Positions 9,038 to 19,382 of a stretch of DNA of 64,000 bases are shown here, one piece after another. A program made the translations under genes and the position numbers. Below the pieces are notes generated by a model. It saw only the letters and a program-made list of their open reading frames with translations. It was not told the origin of the DNA and ran no database searches. The stretch's first letter is position 1. Every line of letters begins with the position of its first letter. Source of the DNA: Patescibacteria group bacterium (lineage in GTDB: Bacteria > Patescibacteriota > Dojkabacteria > J137); assembly GCA_963169855.1 (NCBI GenBank), contig CAUJCN010000002.1:369154-433153 (forward strand). The letters run 5' to 3'.

Positions 9038-10063
9038 TCGATACTTTGTTCCTCTTCCTTGACCCTCAATCTTTAAAAGGTTTTTATCTACAAGGTCGTT
9101 CAGATCTCTGAATGCAGTCATAGTTGAAACTTCCATCATATGACAGTAATCTTCTCTTTTAATAGATGGTACAGTTTGAAGATATCTTAAAACCTTTAGC
9201 TGTCTTTGATTTAGATCAAGGAATGGTTGTTTCTTTGCTTTTTCGTCCTCCATCAACATATCAGAAACGGATTCGCGAACATCCAACAGGTCTTTGTTTA
9301 AAGTATCCAAGAAAGTTTCTACGAAAGGTGCCATGTCATTACTATTTCTAGAAACTCTAAGAGCTTCAACTAATCTTTCCAAGTTTGAATAGATATTTTT
9401 TCCAAATGAAGTATATGTTTTTAAAGATAGCCCTGCTTTGTAAAGCAGATAATCCACAATCGCAATCGTGGTTAATTTGTTGCCGAAATTGTAAGGAGAA
9501 ATATCTAACAATTTATAAAAAATAACAGCTACTCTAATTAATGGAGTTACTGATGTTGTTGAATTGTTATACCATTCAATTAAACTTGCTAAATCAATTT
9601 CTGGGTTTTCGATGGCTTTATTTTTTAATTCATACCAGTCATCGTATTTATCTGGAGTATTTTCTGTATAAATTGATCTGAAATTAATATCTTCTGATCT
9701 ATAAACTCCATTCATTAACATTTTATTAAGCTGCGTAAGAATTGGTGTGTCAATTTCTGCATAGCCGTCAACTGCAGAAGAATGTGTGAACTCTTTGACA
9801 ACTTTAAAATTTTTCAGAAGTTGAAGTCTTTCGTCTTGAATATCCACATTTGAGCCAGTAATGATTCTCTCTGCATCTTTAGTCTGAATATCCAAACCAA
9901 AGAGTTGCGAAATATAAAAAACGTCATTACTCTTAGCGTTAAGCTGAAGTTTTGCTTTTATGCTATTTGAGATGTCCAGTAATTGAATAGCAGTCTTATT
10001 AGCTTCTATTTTTACCAATCTTGTTACGATTCTGTCGTTGTATGTGAATTTAGGCTCTAACAT
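9023..10063 (-). CDS. Fic/DOC-fold protein with a degenerate active-site motif and a C-terminal winged-helix domain
   Basis: The motif SPYNFGNKLTTIAIVDYLLYKAG aligns to the Fic core HPFx(D/E)GNGRxxRxxxxxxLxxxG, but the catalytic His, acidic residue and Arg are replaced. The C-terminal ...LLKIEGQGRGTKYRL is typical of the wHTH in Fic proteins. Confidence 0.5.
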   Translation of the reverse strand: MLEPKFTYNDRIVTRLVKIEANKTAIQLLDISNSIKAKLQLNAKSNDVFYISQLFGLDIQTKDAERIITGSNVDIQDERLQLLKNFKVVKEFTHSSAVDGYAEIDTPILTQLNKMLMNGVYRSEDINFRSIYTENTPDKYDDWYELKNKAIENPEIDLASLIEWYNNSTTSVTPLIRVAVIFYKLLDISPYNFGNKLTTIAIVDYLLYKAGLSLKTYTSFGKNIYSNLERLVEALRVSRNSNDMAPFVETFLDTLNKDLLDVRESVSDMLMEDEKAKKQPFLDLNQRQLKVLRYLQTVPSIKREDYCHMMEVSTMTAFRDLNDLVDKNLLKIEGQGRGTKYRLASM

Positions 10064-10075
10064 ATCTTAATTGTA

Positions 10076-11485
10076 TCATATGTTTAGTGGAAACTTCGAG
10101 CACAGTTCTGCGACTTCCTTTGCTAGCAAGTCCAGATCAGATTTTTTTGAGCTTATTTTTTCAACAAATTCTTTGAATGTTTCTGACGCCACTGAAGATG
10201 CTACTTCTATTAATTTCTCAATAACTTCAAAAGTTTGATTAATTTCAGTTTCTTTAAAACCTCTTGTAGTTACGAATGGAGTGCCGAATCTAACCCCAGA
10301 AGGCGATACTGGAGTTCCTTTTTCGAATGGCACAGTGTTCTTATTAGTTATTATTCCAATCATAGCTAAAGCTTTAGAAACTGCTCTTCCAGAAATTCCT
10401 TTGTTTGAAAAATCTACTAGTACCATATGCTTATCAGTTCCTCCGCTAACTACCCTATATCCCTTTTTCATAAACAATTCTGCAAGCAGTTTCGCATTTT
10501 TTACAACCTGTTCCGAATAATTTTTAAATTCGTCAGAGTCTGATTCGTACAAAGTCTGAAGCAAACCTGCGATTGTGTGATTGAATGGACCTCCTAGCAA
10601 ACCTGGCATTACTGATTTATTTACAGCGTCTATAAATTCTCTTCTGCACATTACAACCGCACCTCGTGGGCCTCTTAAAGTTTTATGTGTAGTAAAAGTT
10701 ACAAAATCTGCACTTTCAAAAGGACTAGGATGAACGCCTCCTGCTATCAATCCAGCTTCGTGAGCAACATCAGCTAAGAATAAAACTCGATTTCCAGTTT
10801 CAGATTTGTATTCATCTAAAACTTCTCGAATTTTTTTGTAATCAATGTATCTTGGATAAGCAGTTCCTCCAACTATAAATAGCTTTGGGTTAAATTTTTT
10901 TAGATGATCAAGAAGTTTATCGTAATTAATTAATTCAGTTTCTTTATCTACTCTGTATTGAATAATATTGAAAATTTTAGAATTGAAATTAGATTTTACA
11001 GATCCTCCTAGATAGATATCATCGTTCGAAACTTTAGAAATTGGATTTTGGATATTTGATTTTTCGCCACTAGGCGTATGGCTCCAACCATGACTTAGAT
11101 GACCTCCGTCTGGTAAGTACATCGATAAAATTGTATCTCCAGGATTTAACACTGCATTGTACACAGCTAAGTTAGCAGTACTGCCAGATAAAACCTGAAC
11201 ATTTGATTCCCACTCATTTCTTAATCCATCATCGTGAATCATGACTTTCTTAACCATTCTTATGCACTCCGATTCTAATTCATCTACAACTTCATTACCT
11301 TCGTAATATCTTACGCCTATATTTCCTTCGGAGTATTTATGCATAAAAATAGAACCTGTGGCCTCTCTCACTGCCTTTGAAGTAAAATTCTCGGACGGTA
11401 TTAGGTTTATGGTATTCTGCTGCCTTTCTTCCTCTCTTTTTATTAATTTTTGTAGGGTTTCATTCATAACGAAAGATTTTATCAC
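10076..11485 (-). CDS. glyA: Serine hydroxymethyltransferase with a roughly 50-aa C-terminal extension
   Basis: PLP-lysine region TTHKTLRGPRG, plus N-terminal LIPSENF and GYPGxRYY-like motifs. Confidence 0.9.
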   Translation of the reverse strand: MIKSFVMNETLQKLIKREEERQQNTINLIPSENFTSKAVREATGSIFMHKYSEGNIGVRYYEGNEVVDELESECIRMVKKVMIHDDGLRNEWESNVQVLSGSTANLAVYNAVLNPGDTILSMYLPDGGHLSHGWSHTPSGEKSNIQNPISKVSNDDIYLGGSVKSNFNSKIFNIIQYRVDKETELINYDKLLDHLKKFNPKLFIVGGTAYPRYIDYKKIREVLDEYKSETGNRVLFLADVAHEAGLIAGGVHPSPFESADFVTFTTHKTLRGPRGAVVMCRREFIDAVNKSVMPGLLGGPFNHTIAGLLQTLYESDSDEFKNYSEQVVKNAKLLAELFMKKGYRVVSGGTDKHMVLVDFSNKGISGRAVSKALAMIGIITNKNTVPFEKGTPVSPSGVRFGTPFVTTRGFKETEINQTFEVIEKLIEVASSVASETFKEFVEKISSKKSDLDLLAKEVAELCSKFPLNI

Positions 11486-11545
11486 ATTGAGCTATGGGTT
11501 GTGAGTCGTGGGATTTGCCTGATTTCTTCTCCTTCGTCTTCTTAA

Positions 11546-12772
11546 CTATATTTGTCTCAACCGTTTTTTTGGAATTTTGATTTTTTCTGGTGTTACAATT
11601 AGCAAGAAAATACCTAGAAGAATCGCAATCAACCCAATTAAGATAAAAGTACTTTTGAATCCAATAGCATCCACTACGAATCCCATTAACAGCGGTCCAA
11701 TGATGTAGCCTATTGAATGTGTTGATTGATAAATACCTTCCATATGTACTTGAAATTCTTCAGATCTGCTTTCCAAATCGCTAAAAACAGCTCTCATCAA
11801 AATCCAAATCATCGCATTTAATCCACTGAAAACGAACACTAACGAAAGCAAAACGTAATTATCGTTAGTTACCATCAATGGCAGGACTGATATACCAGCG
11901 AGCGTTAGAAGAATAAAACTCAGAAACTTCTTCCTTCTTTTAATCAAAACTCTTGAAAAGGCTAACGAGAAAATCAAATCCGGCAATGTGTACACAACAA
12001 GAAGAATCCATCCAAATCCATTTCCTCCAAACAACTCTTCCCCATACAACCCGCCGAACGTCCAAAAGAATGAATTTATTATCGTTAAGAAAACTAGCAG
12101 AATCAAAACAGGATACGCCCTGCTCTCTAAAACGGCCCAGTATTTCATTTCTTTGAAAAACGAAATTGCATGAACAAGCTTCGACTCTCTTTTAGGTTTC
12201 TCTGTTCCTGAAGTTCGCACCAAAGCAAAAGATAGTACAATTGCAATAAAATACAAAATAAAAACAATTGCTCTTGCAACAAACTGATCCGCTCCTAATG
12301 TAATTGATGCAAATATCGGTCCTATAAATGCGCAGAATGCTAAGAAGGTGTAAATGATACTCCAAGTTTGTGTGAAATTTTTTTCTTTATCTAGCTCCAC
12401 AACGCTATCTTGCCTTGAGAATCCGAGGAATTCATAATAAATTCCCCATACAATTGCAGATATAATGAAGAATATTGGCTGTTTTAAGTCCTGACCTAAA
12501 AATAATAATATGGGGAATGTTAAAGCTAGGACAATTCCAATTAAATTTGAAGTTTTCCAATCTAGATTTGGAAATAAAATTGGAAATAAAAGGTCAAAAG
12601 TTAGTCCCGCTAAAGATGATGTTGCTAGAATCATTCCTACTAAAGTGAATGAATGCACAGTTTCTTCTACAATTACAGGAAACAAATAAGAAAGAATTGC
12701 GTCACCAAGAAATAGAAATAATGATGAAGCTAAAAGCAAAGCAAGCTTGTTAGATTTGAAAATAAGATGCAT
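11546..12772 (-). CDS. MFS-type transporter-like polytopic membrane protein
   Basis: About 12 predicted TM helices in two halves. No specific signature recognised. Confidence 0.6.
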   Translation of the reverse strand: MHLIFKSNKLALLLASSLFLFLGDAILSYLFPVIVEETVHSFTLVGMILATSSLAGLTFDLLFPILFPNLDWKTSNLIGIVLALTFPILLFLGQDLKQPIFFIISAIVWGIYYEFLGFSRQDSVVELDKEKNFTQTWSIIYTFLAFCAFIGPIFASITLGADQFVARAIVFILYFIAIVLSFALVRTSGTEKPKRESKLVHAISFFKEMKYWAVLESRAYPVLILLVFLTIINSFFWTFGGLYGEELFGGNGFGWILLVVYTLPDLIFSLAFSRVLIKRRKKFLSFILLTLAGISVLPLMVTNDNYVLLSLVFVFSGLNAMIWILMRAVFSDLESRSEEFQVHMEGIYQSTHSIGYIIGPLLMGFVVDAIGFKSTFILIGLIAILLGIFLLIVTPEKIKIPKKRLRQI

Positions 12773-13185
12773 TTACAAATTGTACATTATTGACAAACAC
12801 CTGGAAAGCTGAATGAAAATTTAAGAAAAAAAAAGAAATTTTTGAGGAAAACCTTGATAAAGTACTTTACAATCGTAAAGAAAGTGATTACTATAATTGT
12901 AAATTGTTCTTTTGGAACAAATTCTCGGCCGAGCTTCGACTCTTTCTGGAATAATTTGTTATTGGTTCGCGTACATACCGATTAAATTATTCATTTAAGG
13001 GCAACTTACTTTTCCAAAAAGAATCATTTAGATGATACCAACCCCAGAGTTTATATTCAACGAAAATATGAGTAGATTGTATTCTACTCAAACTAGAGCA
13101 ACTATATACCTAAAATATAATTTATACTTATAATAGCTTTTATTCACGCCTTTTATTTTATTCAGTAAAAAAGTATAATCATTTT

Positions 13186-14259
13186 ATGAATGACGAAAAA
13201 ATAGCTGAACTAAAAAATAGAATTTCTTTAATTGTCAGAAAAAAAGATAAAGAATCACTTGAATCTGAAAGACTAGAACTGGATGTGAAAATTCAAGAGC
13301 CAACTTTTTGGAACGATAATGAATCTGCGCAAAAAACAATGAAGAAATTGAGTGACATCAAATTCGAATTACAAGAGCTGGTAAGCCTTGAGGCCAGTAT
13401 CAATGATTTAGATCTGTTATCAAAGGATGCTAACGACGAAGAATCTAATCAGATAATAGCTGCCGAACTAGCAAGTCTGGAAAAGCGAGTCGACGAAGTT
13501 GAGTTAGATACTTTTTTGTCAGGCAAATTTGACAAAATGGATGCTATTTTAAAGATAGTTGCTGGACAAGGAGGAACAGAGGCATGTGACTGGACAGAGA
13601 TGGTTTTTCGGATGTACTTAAGATATGCTAATACAAAAGGTTGGACCGTGAATGTGCTCGACGAACTTAAAGGTGTCGAAGCTGGGCTAGACTCAATTAC
13701 AATTCAAGTTTCTGGTAGATATGCCTATGGTTACTTAAAAAAAGAGCATGGAACGCATCGTCTTGTAAGAAATTCTCCATTTAATGCACAAGGACTTAGA
13801 CAAACTTCTTTTTGTGGAGTCGAAGTTCTTCCTGTTGTTGACGAAGATATTGATATCGATATTAATGAAAGTGACTTAGAATTCTCTGCTGTTAGGAGTA
13901 GCGGAGCTGGGGGACAAAATGTAAATAAAGTTGCGTCGAAAGTCAGAATAGTACACAAACCTACAGGAATAGTTGTCGAATCTTCTGCACAACGTTCGCA
14001 ATCTCAAAATAGAGAAACTGCAATGCGAATGCTAAAAGCAAAGCTTTACGAAATCGAGGAAGAAAAACAAAAAAACGAATTAAGGAAAGTTAAAGGAGAT
14101 TATGTCGTTGCTGGGTGGGGAACGCAAATTCGGAATTATGTATTACAACCTTATAAGTTAGTAAAAGATGTTAGAACTGGAGTTGAAACTTCTAATGCAG
14201 ATGGCGTTCTAAATGGAGATATTCAAGAGTTCATTGATGCGGAAATCAGAATGCTTTAG
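13186..14259 (+). CDS. prfB: Peptide chain release factor 2, encoded in a single frame with no programmed frameshift
   Basis: SPF tripeptide (RNSPFNAQG) and GGQ motif (SGAGGQNVNKV). It aligns end-to-end with bacterial RF2. Confidence 0.9.
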   Translation: MNDEKIAELKNRISLIVRKKDKESLESERLELDVKIQEPTFWNDNESAQKTMKKLSDIKFELQELVSLEASINDLDLLSKDANDEESNQIIAAELASLEKRVDEVELDTFLSGKFDKMDAILKIVAGQGGTEACDWTEMVFRMYLRYANTKGWTVNVLDELKGVEAGLDSITIQVSGRYAYGYLKKEHGTHRLVRNSPFNAQGLRQTSFCGVEVLPVVDEDIDIDINESDLEFSAVRSSGAGGQNVNKVASKVRIVHKPTGIVVESSAQRSQSQNRETAMRMLKAKLYEIEEEKQKNELRKVKGDYVVAGWGTQIRNYVLQPYKLVKDVRTGVETSNADGVLNGDIQEFIDAEIRML

Positions 14260-14286
14260 TACTTACGCTGCTTTTATTATATCCTC

Positions 14287-14844
14287 TTATAGCTGAGATT
14301 GTTCTGAATTAGTCGCTCCTGTACTTACAGAAGGAGTTGAATACAATACAGCATTCTCTAGGTATTCTCTTACTTTCTTTAAGAGCTGTTGTGGCTCTAC
14401 CTCAATTTTCATTAAGTATCCATTTGCACCTAACTTCATTGCTGTCTCTACTGCCATTTCTCCACCTAAATTTGTAAGCATTACAACCAAAGGCTTACCA
14501 TACTTTTCTGGAGTTGATTTGATTTTACTCAAAACATCTATTCCGTCCATTTTTGGCATTACTATATCTAACAAGATTAGATCGAATTTACCCTGCTCTG
14601 CTTCAACTTTAGCTAAAGCATCTATTCCATCTACTGCGGAAGATATTTCATAACTTGGAACCTGGGATAATAACTGTACAAAAATTTCTAATGAATCTGC
14701 TTCGTCCTCTACAATCAAGATTTTCTTCTTACCTGCATCAACCATCCCGTCGCCTAATTGCCCAGTTGAATAAACATTCTTTGAACCGGGAACGCTGACG
14801 TTGCCACTTTGAAGACTATCTTGCTGGGATAGTGAAGTATGCAT
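14287..14844 (-). CDS. Stand-alone response-regulator receiver domain protein (CheY-like) with a roughly 40-aa N-terminal extension
   Basis: ILIVEDE acidic pocket, phospho-acceptor context LILLDIVMPKMDG, and a conserved T/K region. No output domain is present. Confidence 0.8.
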   Translation of the reverse strand: MHTSLSQQDSLQSGNVSVPGSKNVYSTGQLGDGMVDAGKKKILIVEDEADSLEIFVQLLSQVPSYEISSAVDGIDALAKVEAEQGKFDLILLDIVMPKMDGIDVLSKIKSTPEKYGKPLVVMLTNLGGEMAVETAMKLGANGYLMKIEVEPQQLLKKVREYLENAVLYSTPSVSTGATNSEQSQL

Positions 14845-14916
14845 ATTTTAATTGTAAAAAGATAATACACATTATTATCTGTTCTTGAATTGTTTGTCAA
14901 GAATTATGGGATATTG

Positions 14917-15684
14917 TTAATCCATTCGTGTAATAACTTCGGCTTTTCCGTCTCGGACTATTACCATATGTTCGAACATAACGCCTTTGCTGCCATCTTT
15001 CGTTTTGAGTGTCCATCCATCACTATCTAATTTGAGAGCGGAACTTCCTAAGGTTATCTGATTTTCTATGCACAAAACCATCCCTTCTTGAAGTTTCTTT
15101 CCTGTTCCTTTTTCTCCGTATGCTGGAATTTCTGGAGATAGATGAAGGCTCCTTCCAATTCCATGACCAACATAAGTTGTCACATATTCAAACCCAGCCA
15201 AATCCGCCACTGTTTGTAATGCATTTGAAATATCTCCGACTGTATTTCCTTTAATTGCTTGTTTGATTCCACTTTCTATACAAAGTTTTCCAGTTTCGAT
15301 CAATCTTTTTTCGTCATCAGTTAATTCACCAAGACCCACTGTTACACAATGGTCTGTGTAAAATCCTTTGTAAATAATCCCAAAATCTAGTTTTACGATG
15401 TCTCCGGATTGGAAAACTCTATCCTCAGTTGGGATTGTATGCAGAATTTCGTCGTTTGTAGAAATACAAATATTATTTTGATACGGACCTTTTGGACCTG
15501 GCACTCCAAGGAACGAAGGCTTTACCTCGTATTCTTCGCAAAGTTGACCTGCTAACTCATCTAATTGTGCTGCAGAAACTCCAATCTTTGTAGCATCTTT
15601 AATCTTCTTTAGAATCTCTGTTGAAATTCTAGTTGCTTCTTTGATTAGTTTGTATTCGATTTCGTTTTGAATTACGTTGTTCAT
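14917..15684 (-). CDS. map: Methionine aminopeptidase type I
   Basis: Metal-binding motifs DHCVTVG, HGIGRSLH and EHMVIV. Confidence 0.9.
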   Translation of the reverse strand: MNNVIQNEIEYKLIKEATRISTEILKKIKDATKIGVSAAQLDELAGQLCEEYEVKPSFLGVPGPKGPYQNNICISTNDEILHTIPTEDRVFQSGDIVKLDFGIIYKGFYTDHCVTVGLGELTDDEKRLIETGKLCIESGIKQAIKGNTVGDISNALQTVADLAGFEYVTTYVGHGIGRSLHLSPEIPAYGEKGTGKKLQEGMVLCIENQITLGSSALKLDSDGWTLKTKDGSKGVMFEHMVIVRDGKAEVITRMD

Positions 15685-15685
15685 A

Positions 15686-16543
15686 TTATGCTAATGATAG
15701 TATAACTCCCCCTGCAATAGCTAGCACAGTAGCGATTATTTTCTTTATTGGATTTTTTCTTTCATTCAAAAGAATATAACTTAAGATTACTGTTCCAAAT
15801 ACGGATAATTGTTGCAGTGGTCCTACAACTGAAGCTTCGGCTCCGATTGTGTAGCTATAAAATGTCAGAATTGTACTGAAAGCATAAACTACAGAAAGCA
15901 GAACATTTTTAAAAATATCTGGTTTTGTAACTTTTTTAAGTTCTCCAAATTTCCCTTGTGGAATCAAACTAAAAAGCAAAACTAGTCCTGGGAGAATAAA
16001 TGCTATTGCAAGATATGTTAATAAATCTACAGAATTCAGAATGTATGCATCGTTAACGAATGCAAGTCCGAGCAAGAATGCTGCGATTAGTGGATAAACA
16101 AGTTTACTATCAAATTTGAATTTTCCTGATTCAGAAGAAATGACTGCAGTAACTCCAATAATCAGTGCGATTCCGATCAATTTCTGAATTGTGATGGATT
16201 CGTTTAAAAATATTGCTGAAGCAAACAACATCCAAACTGCATTTGTTGAGAATAGAATCGTTACTATACTCGCTTCGGACTGTTTAAATGATTTGAATAG
16301 GTAGTAATTCATTCCTGCATAAAGAACAGCAGTTAGAATTAGATTGATAATCAAGTTAGAAAATCCGTTGAAGTTTAATCCGTTGATTGCAGCAAAGACT
16401 AAAATTATTAGTCCAGTCATCAGCTGATAAATTGTTGAAGAAACTTCGCTTGAAATCTGGCTACCTACAAATATCCACTTTTGAATTACTCTCGATATCG
16501 ATGCTAAAACAACAGCGATAATTGCAGGTAGAATCCAGTTCAT
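15686..16543 (-). CDS. EamA/DMT-family transporter
   Basis: Ten TM helices arranged as two repeated halves. Confidence 0.65.
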   Translation of the reverse strand: MNWILPAIIAVVLASISRVIQKWIFVGSQISSEVSSTIYQLMTGLIILVFAAINGLNFNGFSNLIINLILTAVLYAGMNYYLFKSFKQSEASIVTILFSTNAVWMLFASAIFLNESITIQKLIGIALIIGVTAVISSESGKFKFDSKLVYPLIAAFLLGLAFVNDAYILNSVDLLTYLAIAFILPGLVLLFSLIPQGKFGELKKVTKPDIFKNVLLSVVYAFSTILTFYSYTIGAEASVVGPLQQLSVFGTVILSYILLNERKNPIKKIIATVLAIAGGVILSLA

Positions 16544-16544
16544 A

Positions 16545-17888
16545 TTATTTAATTACATCCTTTCCAACATAATCTCTTAGTGCTTCTGGAACTGTAATAG
16601 ATCCATCTTCATTTTGATAATGTTCGATTATTGCGATTAAAAGTCTATGTGTTGCTCCTGTATCGTTTAATGTATATGCATACTTCGTCTGTCCGTCCGC
16701 TGTTTTGTACTTAATTCCTAACCTTCTTGCTTGATAGTCAGTTGTAATACTGTTAGACATAATTTCGATATACTTTTTATCATGTGGCAACCAAACTTCT
16801 ACATCATATTTCTTCGCTGCTGCATAGTAACCAAGTTCTCCGTAACACATATTGATTACGTGATAAGGAAGCTTTAGTTCTTGCAATAACCATTCATTAA
16901 GTGACAGTAAGTATTCCTGAACTTCTCTAGCTTTTTCTAGATCAGCAGGAACTATCATATTCATTTCTATCTTATCGAATTGATGAGTTCTTTTAATTCC
17001 TCTAACGTCTTTACCCCAACTTCCGACTTCTGATCTAAAGCATGGTGTCTGAGCCATAACTTTTACAGGAAGTTCATACTCGTTAAGAGTTGTATCTCCA
17101 AAGTATGCAAAGTTACTTGGTTCTGAAGATCCAATCAGATAAAGAGTATTTGAGTCTTCTAGATAATCGTTAGCTAGTTTATAAACTTGATCTGCATCTC
17201 CTGGGAAATGGCTTGATCCATACAGAGCTTGCTCTTTAACTAAAACTGGAACAATCATTGGTTCGAATCCTTCTTGTACTAATTTTTTAAAAAGCAAGTT
17301 GAAAACTCCCATTATTAACAAAGCTCCATTACCTTTGATGTAGTAAAATCTACTTCCAGAGACCTTTGCCCCTGCTTCCAGATCAATCAGTCCTAGTTCT
17401 GTTCCGATTTCCCAATGTGGTTTTACATTATGTTTTGTATTCAATTCTTCCATGGCTGCAGAAGAATGCTCTCCTTTTCCTAATTTTGAAGAATCTAAGT
17501 AACCTGCATCTGGATGCCAAGCCTTAACTTCTACGTTGTCATCAGAAGTCCTACCTTCTGGAACTTCGTCTAGAGGAATGTTTGGAATCCAATCATTCAT
17601 AGTTTTCCATTCAGAATCTAAAGTTGAAAGCTCTGAACTAAGTCCAGAAAGCTTTTCTTTTAGAGCCGAGATTTGAGTCATAGTAGACTCATCTGGTTTA
17701 CCTTTTAGACCTTTGTTAATAGTATTTAACTCCGCCTTAATATCGTCTGTAGATTTGATAAGCGTTCTTCTTTGTGAGTCGACTTCGAGCCATCTTTCTA
17801 CGGAAACTTTGGACGAGTCTAATCTGCCAATTTCAATTAGCCAAGTAAGAACTTCCGGATTCTCGCGTATTTTTTCTACGTCGATCAT
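16545..17888 (-). CDS. serS: Seryl-tRNA synthetase
   Basis: N-terminal coiled-coil arm and class II core motifs (FRSE, GxGxGxxR-like region ...TLNDTGATHRLLIAIIE). Confidence 0.9.
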   Translation of the reverse strand: MIDVEKIRENPEVLTWLIEIGRLDSSKVSVERWLEVDSQRRTLIKSTDDIKAELNTINKGLKGKPDESTMTQISALKEKLSGLSSELSTLDSEWKTMNDWIPNIPLDEVPEGRTSDDNVEVKAWHPDAGYLDSSKLGKGEHSSAAMEELNTKHNVKPHWEIGTELGLIDLEAGAKVSGSRFYYIKGNGALLIMGVFNLLFKKLVQEGFEPMIVPVLVKEQALYGSSHFPGDADQVYKLANDYLEDSNTLYLIGSSEPSNFAYFGDTTLNEYELPVKVMAQTPCFRSEVGSWGKDVRGIKRTHQFDKIEMNMIVPADLEKAREVQEYLLSLNEWLLQELKLPYHVINMCYGELGYYAAAKKYDVEVWLPHDKKYIEIMSNSITTDYQARRLGIKYKTADGQTKYAYTLNDTGATHRLLIAIIEHYQNEDGSITVPEALRDYVGKDVIK

Positions 17889-17948
17889 ACAAATAAGATA
17901 ATATATATGGAAAGATTATACTAGGAAAAGGATTGCTGGTAAATGGAT

Positions 17949-19253
17949 TTACTTCACATTGTTAACAGCTTTACCAACGACGTTCCCACTGCTCCATGCC
18001 CAACTTAAGTTGAAGCCACCAACGTCCCCATCTACATCCAAAATTTCTCCACAGAAGTACAGCCCTTCAGTTAGTTTTGATTCTAAAGTTTCTGGATTAA
18101 CATCTCTAGTGTCGATGCCACCTGCTGTAAATTCTGCTTCATTCCAACTTCTTGTTCCATCAATCTTTATACTGTATGATGACAGACAAGTGAAAAGTTT
18201 TTCCTTTTCTTCGATCTTTAAATCTTTTACCTTTTTATCTTTTTCTAAATTAAGAGCTCTTGGAAAAGTTTCTGCAAATTTATTTGGGAATAATCCATAA
18301 AGGCTCTTCTCCAAAGTTTGGTCTGGTCGATTATTCCATCTTTTTTCTAGTTCAGACTTTACATCAATTTCTGGCAAAAAGTTTATCTCTACTTCTACTC
18401 CACTTTTTTGTTCTCTATTTATAAAAATTGAAATCTCTCTACTAATATTTAATATCGCTGGACCTGACAATCCATACTGAGTGAACATTACATCATCTGT
18501 TCTCGTTTTAATTCTTTTCCCATTTATGATCGAAGTTACTTCTGCCTCCAATTTCATTCCCTGTAAATAATGAGACAAAGGATTCTTTGAAACCAATGGT
18601 AATGCAGATGGAACTGGTTCGATTATTCTATGACCAAAACTTTCTGCAATACCATACCCTGACCCATTTGAACCCAATGCTGGGTAAGTTTTTCCTCCTG
18701 CTGAGATAATAAGTTTTTTAGATTTGAATTCTGATTCTGATTGTGGATGACCTTGTTGATCAACTTTCGTAACTTTAATAAGGAACTGAGATCCCGCACT
18801 TGATTCGGGATCTGCTTTTAATTTTTCAACTTGCTCGACTTGAGTTAACAAGTGAACATCGATTCCCAACAAGCGTAATTCTTCTTCTAAAACTCCAGTA
18901 ACTGTCTTTGCTTGATCAGTTGTTGGGAAAAGTTTTCCAATATCAGTTTTTTGTTCAACGTAAAGTTTTACTCCAAGATCGTCAAAAAATTCCAAAATAT
19001 TCTGATATCCAAACTTTTTGAAAACAGCATTTGGGAATCCTGGGTTATTGCTATAGTAGTGATCGTCTATACTTTTATCTAGATTGATATTTGTTACATT
19101 ACATCTACCTGCTCCACAAACTAGAATTTTTCTTCCTAATGCAAAAGTTCTATCCAATATCGCAATTTTAAGATTTGGATTAGCTCTTTTCGCAGAAATA
19201 GCCGCCATCTGACCAGCTGCACCACCTCCTATAATAATTAAATCGTACTCCAT
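17949..19253 (-). CDS. HI0933-like FAD-dependent oxidoreductase (aminoacetone oxidase family)
   Basis: N-terminal Rossmann motif IIGGGAAG and the family-typical C-terminal DVDGDVGGFNLSWAWSSG. Confidence 0.75.
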   Translation of the reverse strand: MEYDLIIIGGGAAGQMAAISAKRANPNLKIAILDRTFALGRKILVCGAGRCNVTNINLDKSIDDHYYSNNPGFPNAVFKKFGYQNILEFFDDLGVKLYVEQKTDIGKLFPTTDQAKTVTGVLEEELRLLGIDVHLLTQVEQVEKLKADPESSAGSQFLIKVTKVDQQGHPQSESEFKSKKLIISAGGKTYPALGSNGSGYGIAESFGHRIIEPVPSALPLVSKNPLSHYLQGMKLEAEVTSIINGKRIKTRTDDVMFTQYGLSGPAILNISREISIFINREQKSGVEVEINFLPEIDVKSELEKRWNNRPDQTLEKSLYGLFPNKFAETFPRALNLEKDKKVKDLKIEEKEKLFTCLSSYSIKIDGTRSWNEAEFTAGGIDTRDVNPETLESKLTEGLYFCGEILDVDGDVGGFNLSWAWSSGNVVGKAVNNVK

Positions 19254-19382
19254 ATATTATGATTATACCCCGAACGAAGTTAAGTATGAACCACGACAAT
19301 TTCCTAAAAGTTGTGTAAAATTTACTGTAAATAGATTTTAGTTTTTTCGGAAACCTAAGATTTATTTATTACCCCACTCTTT

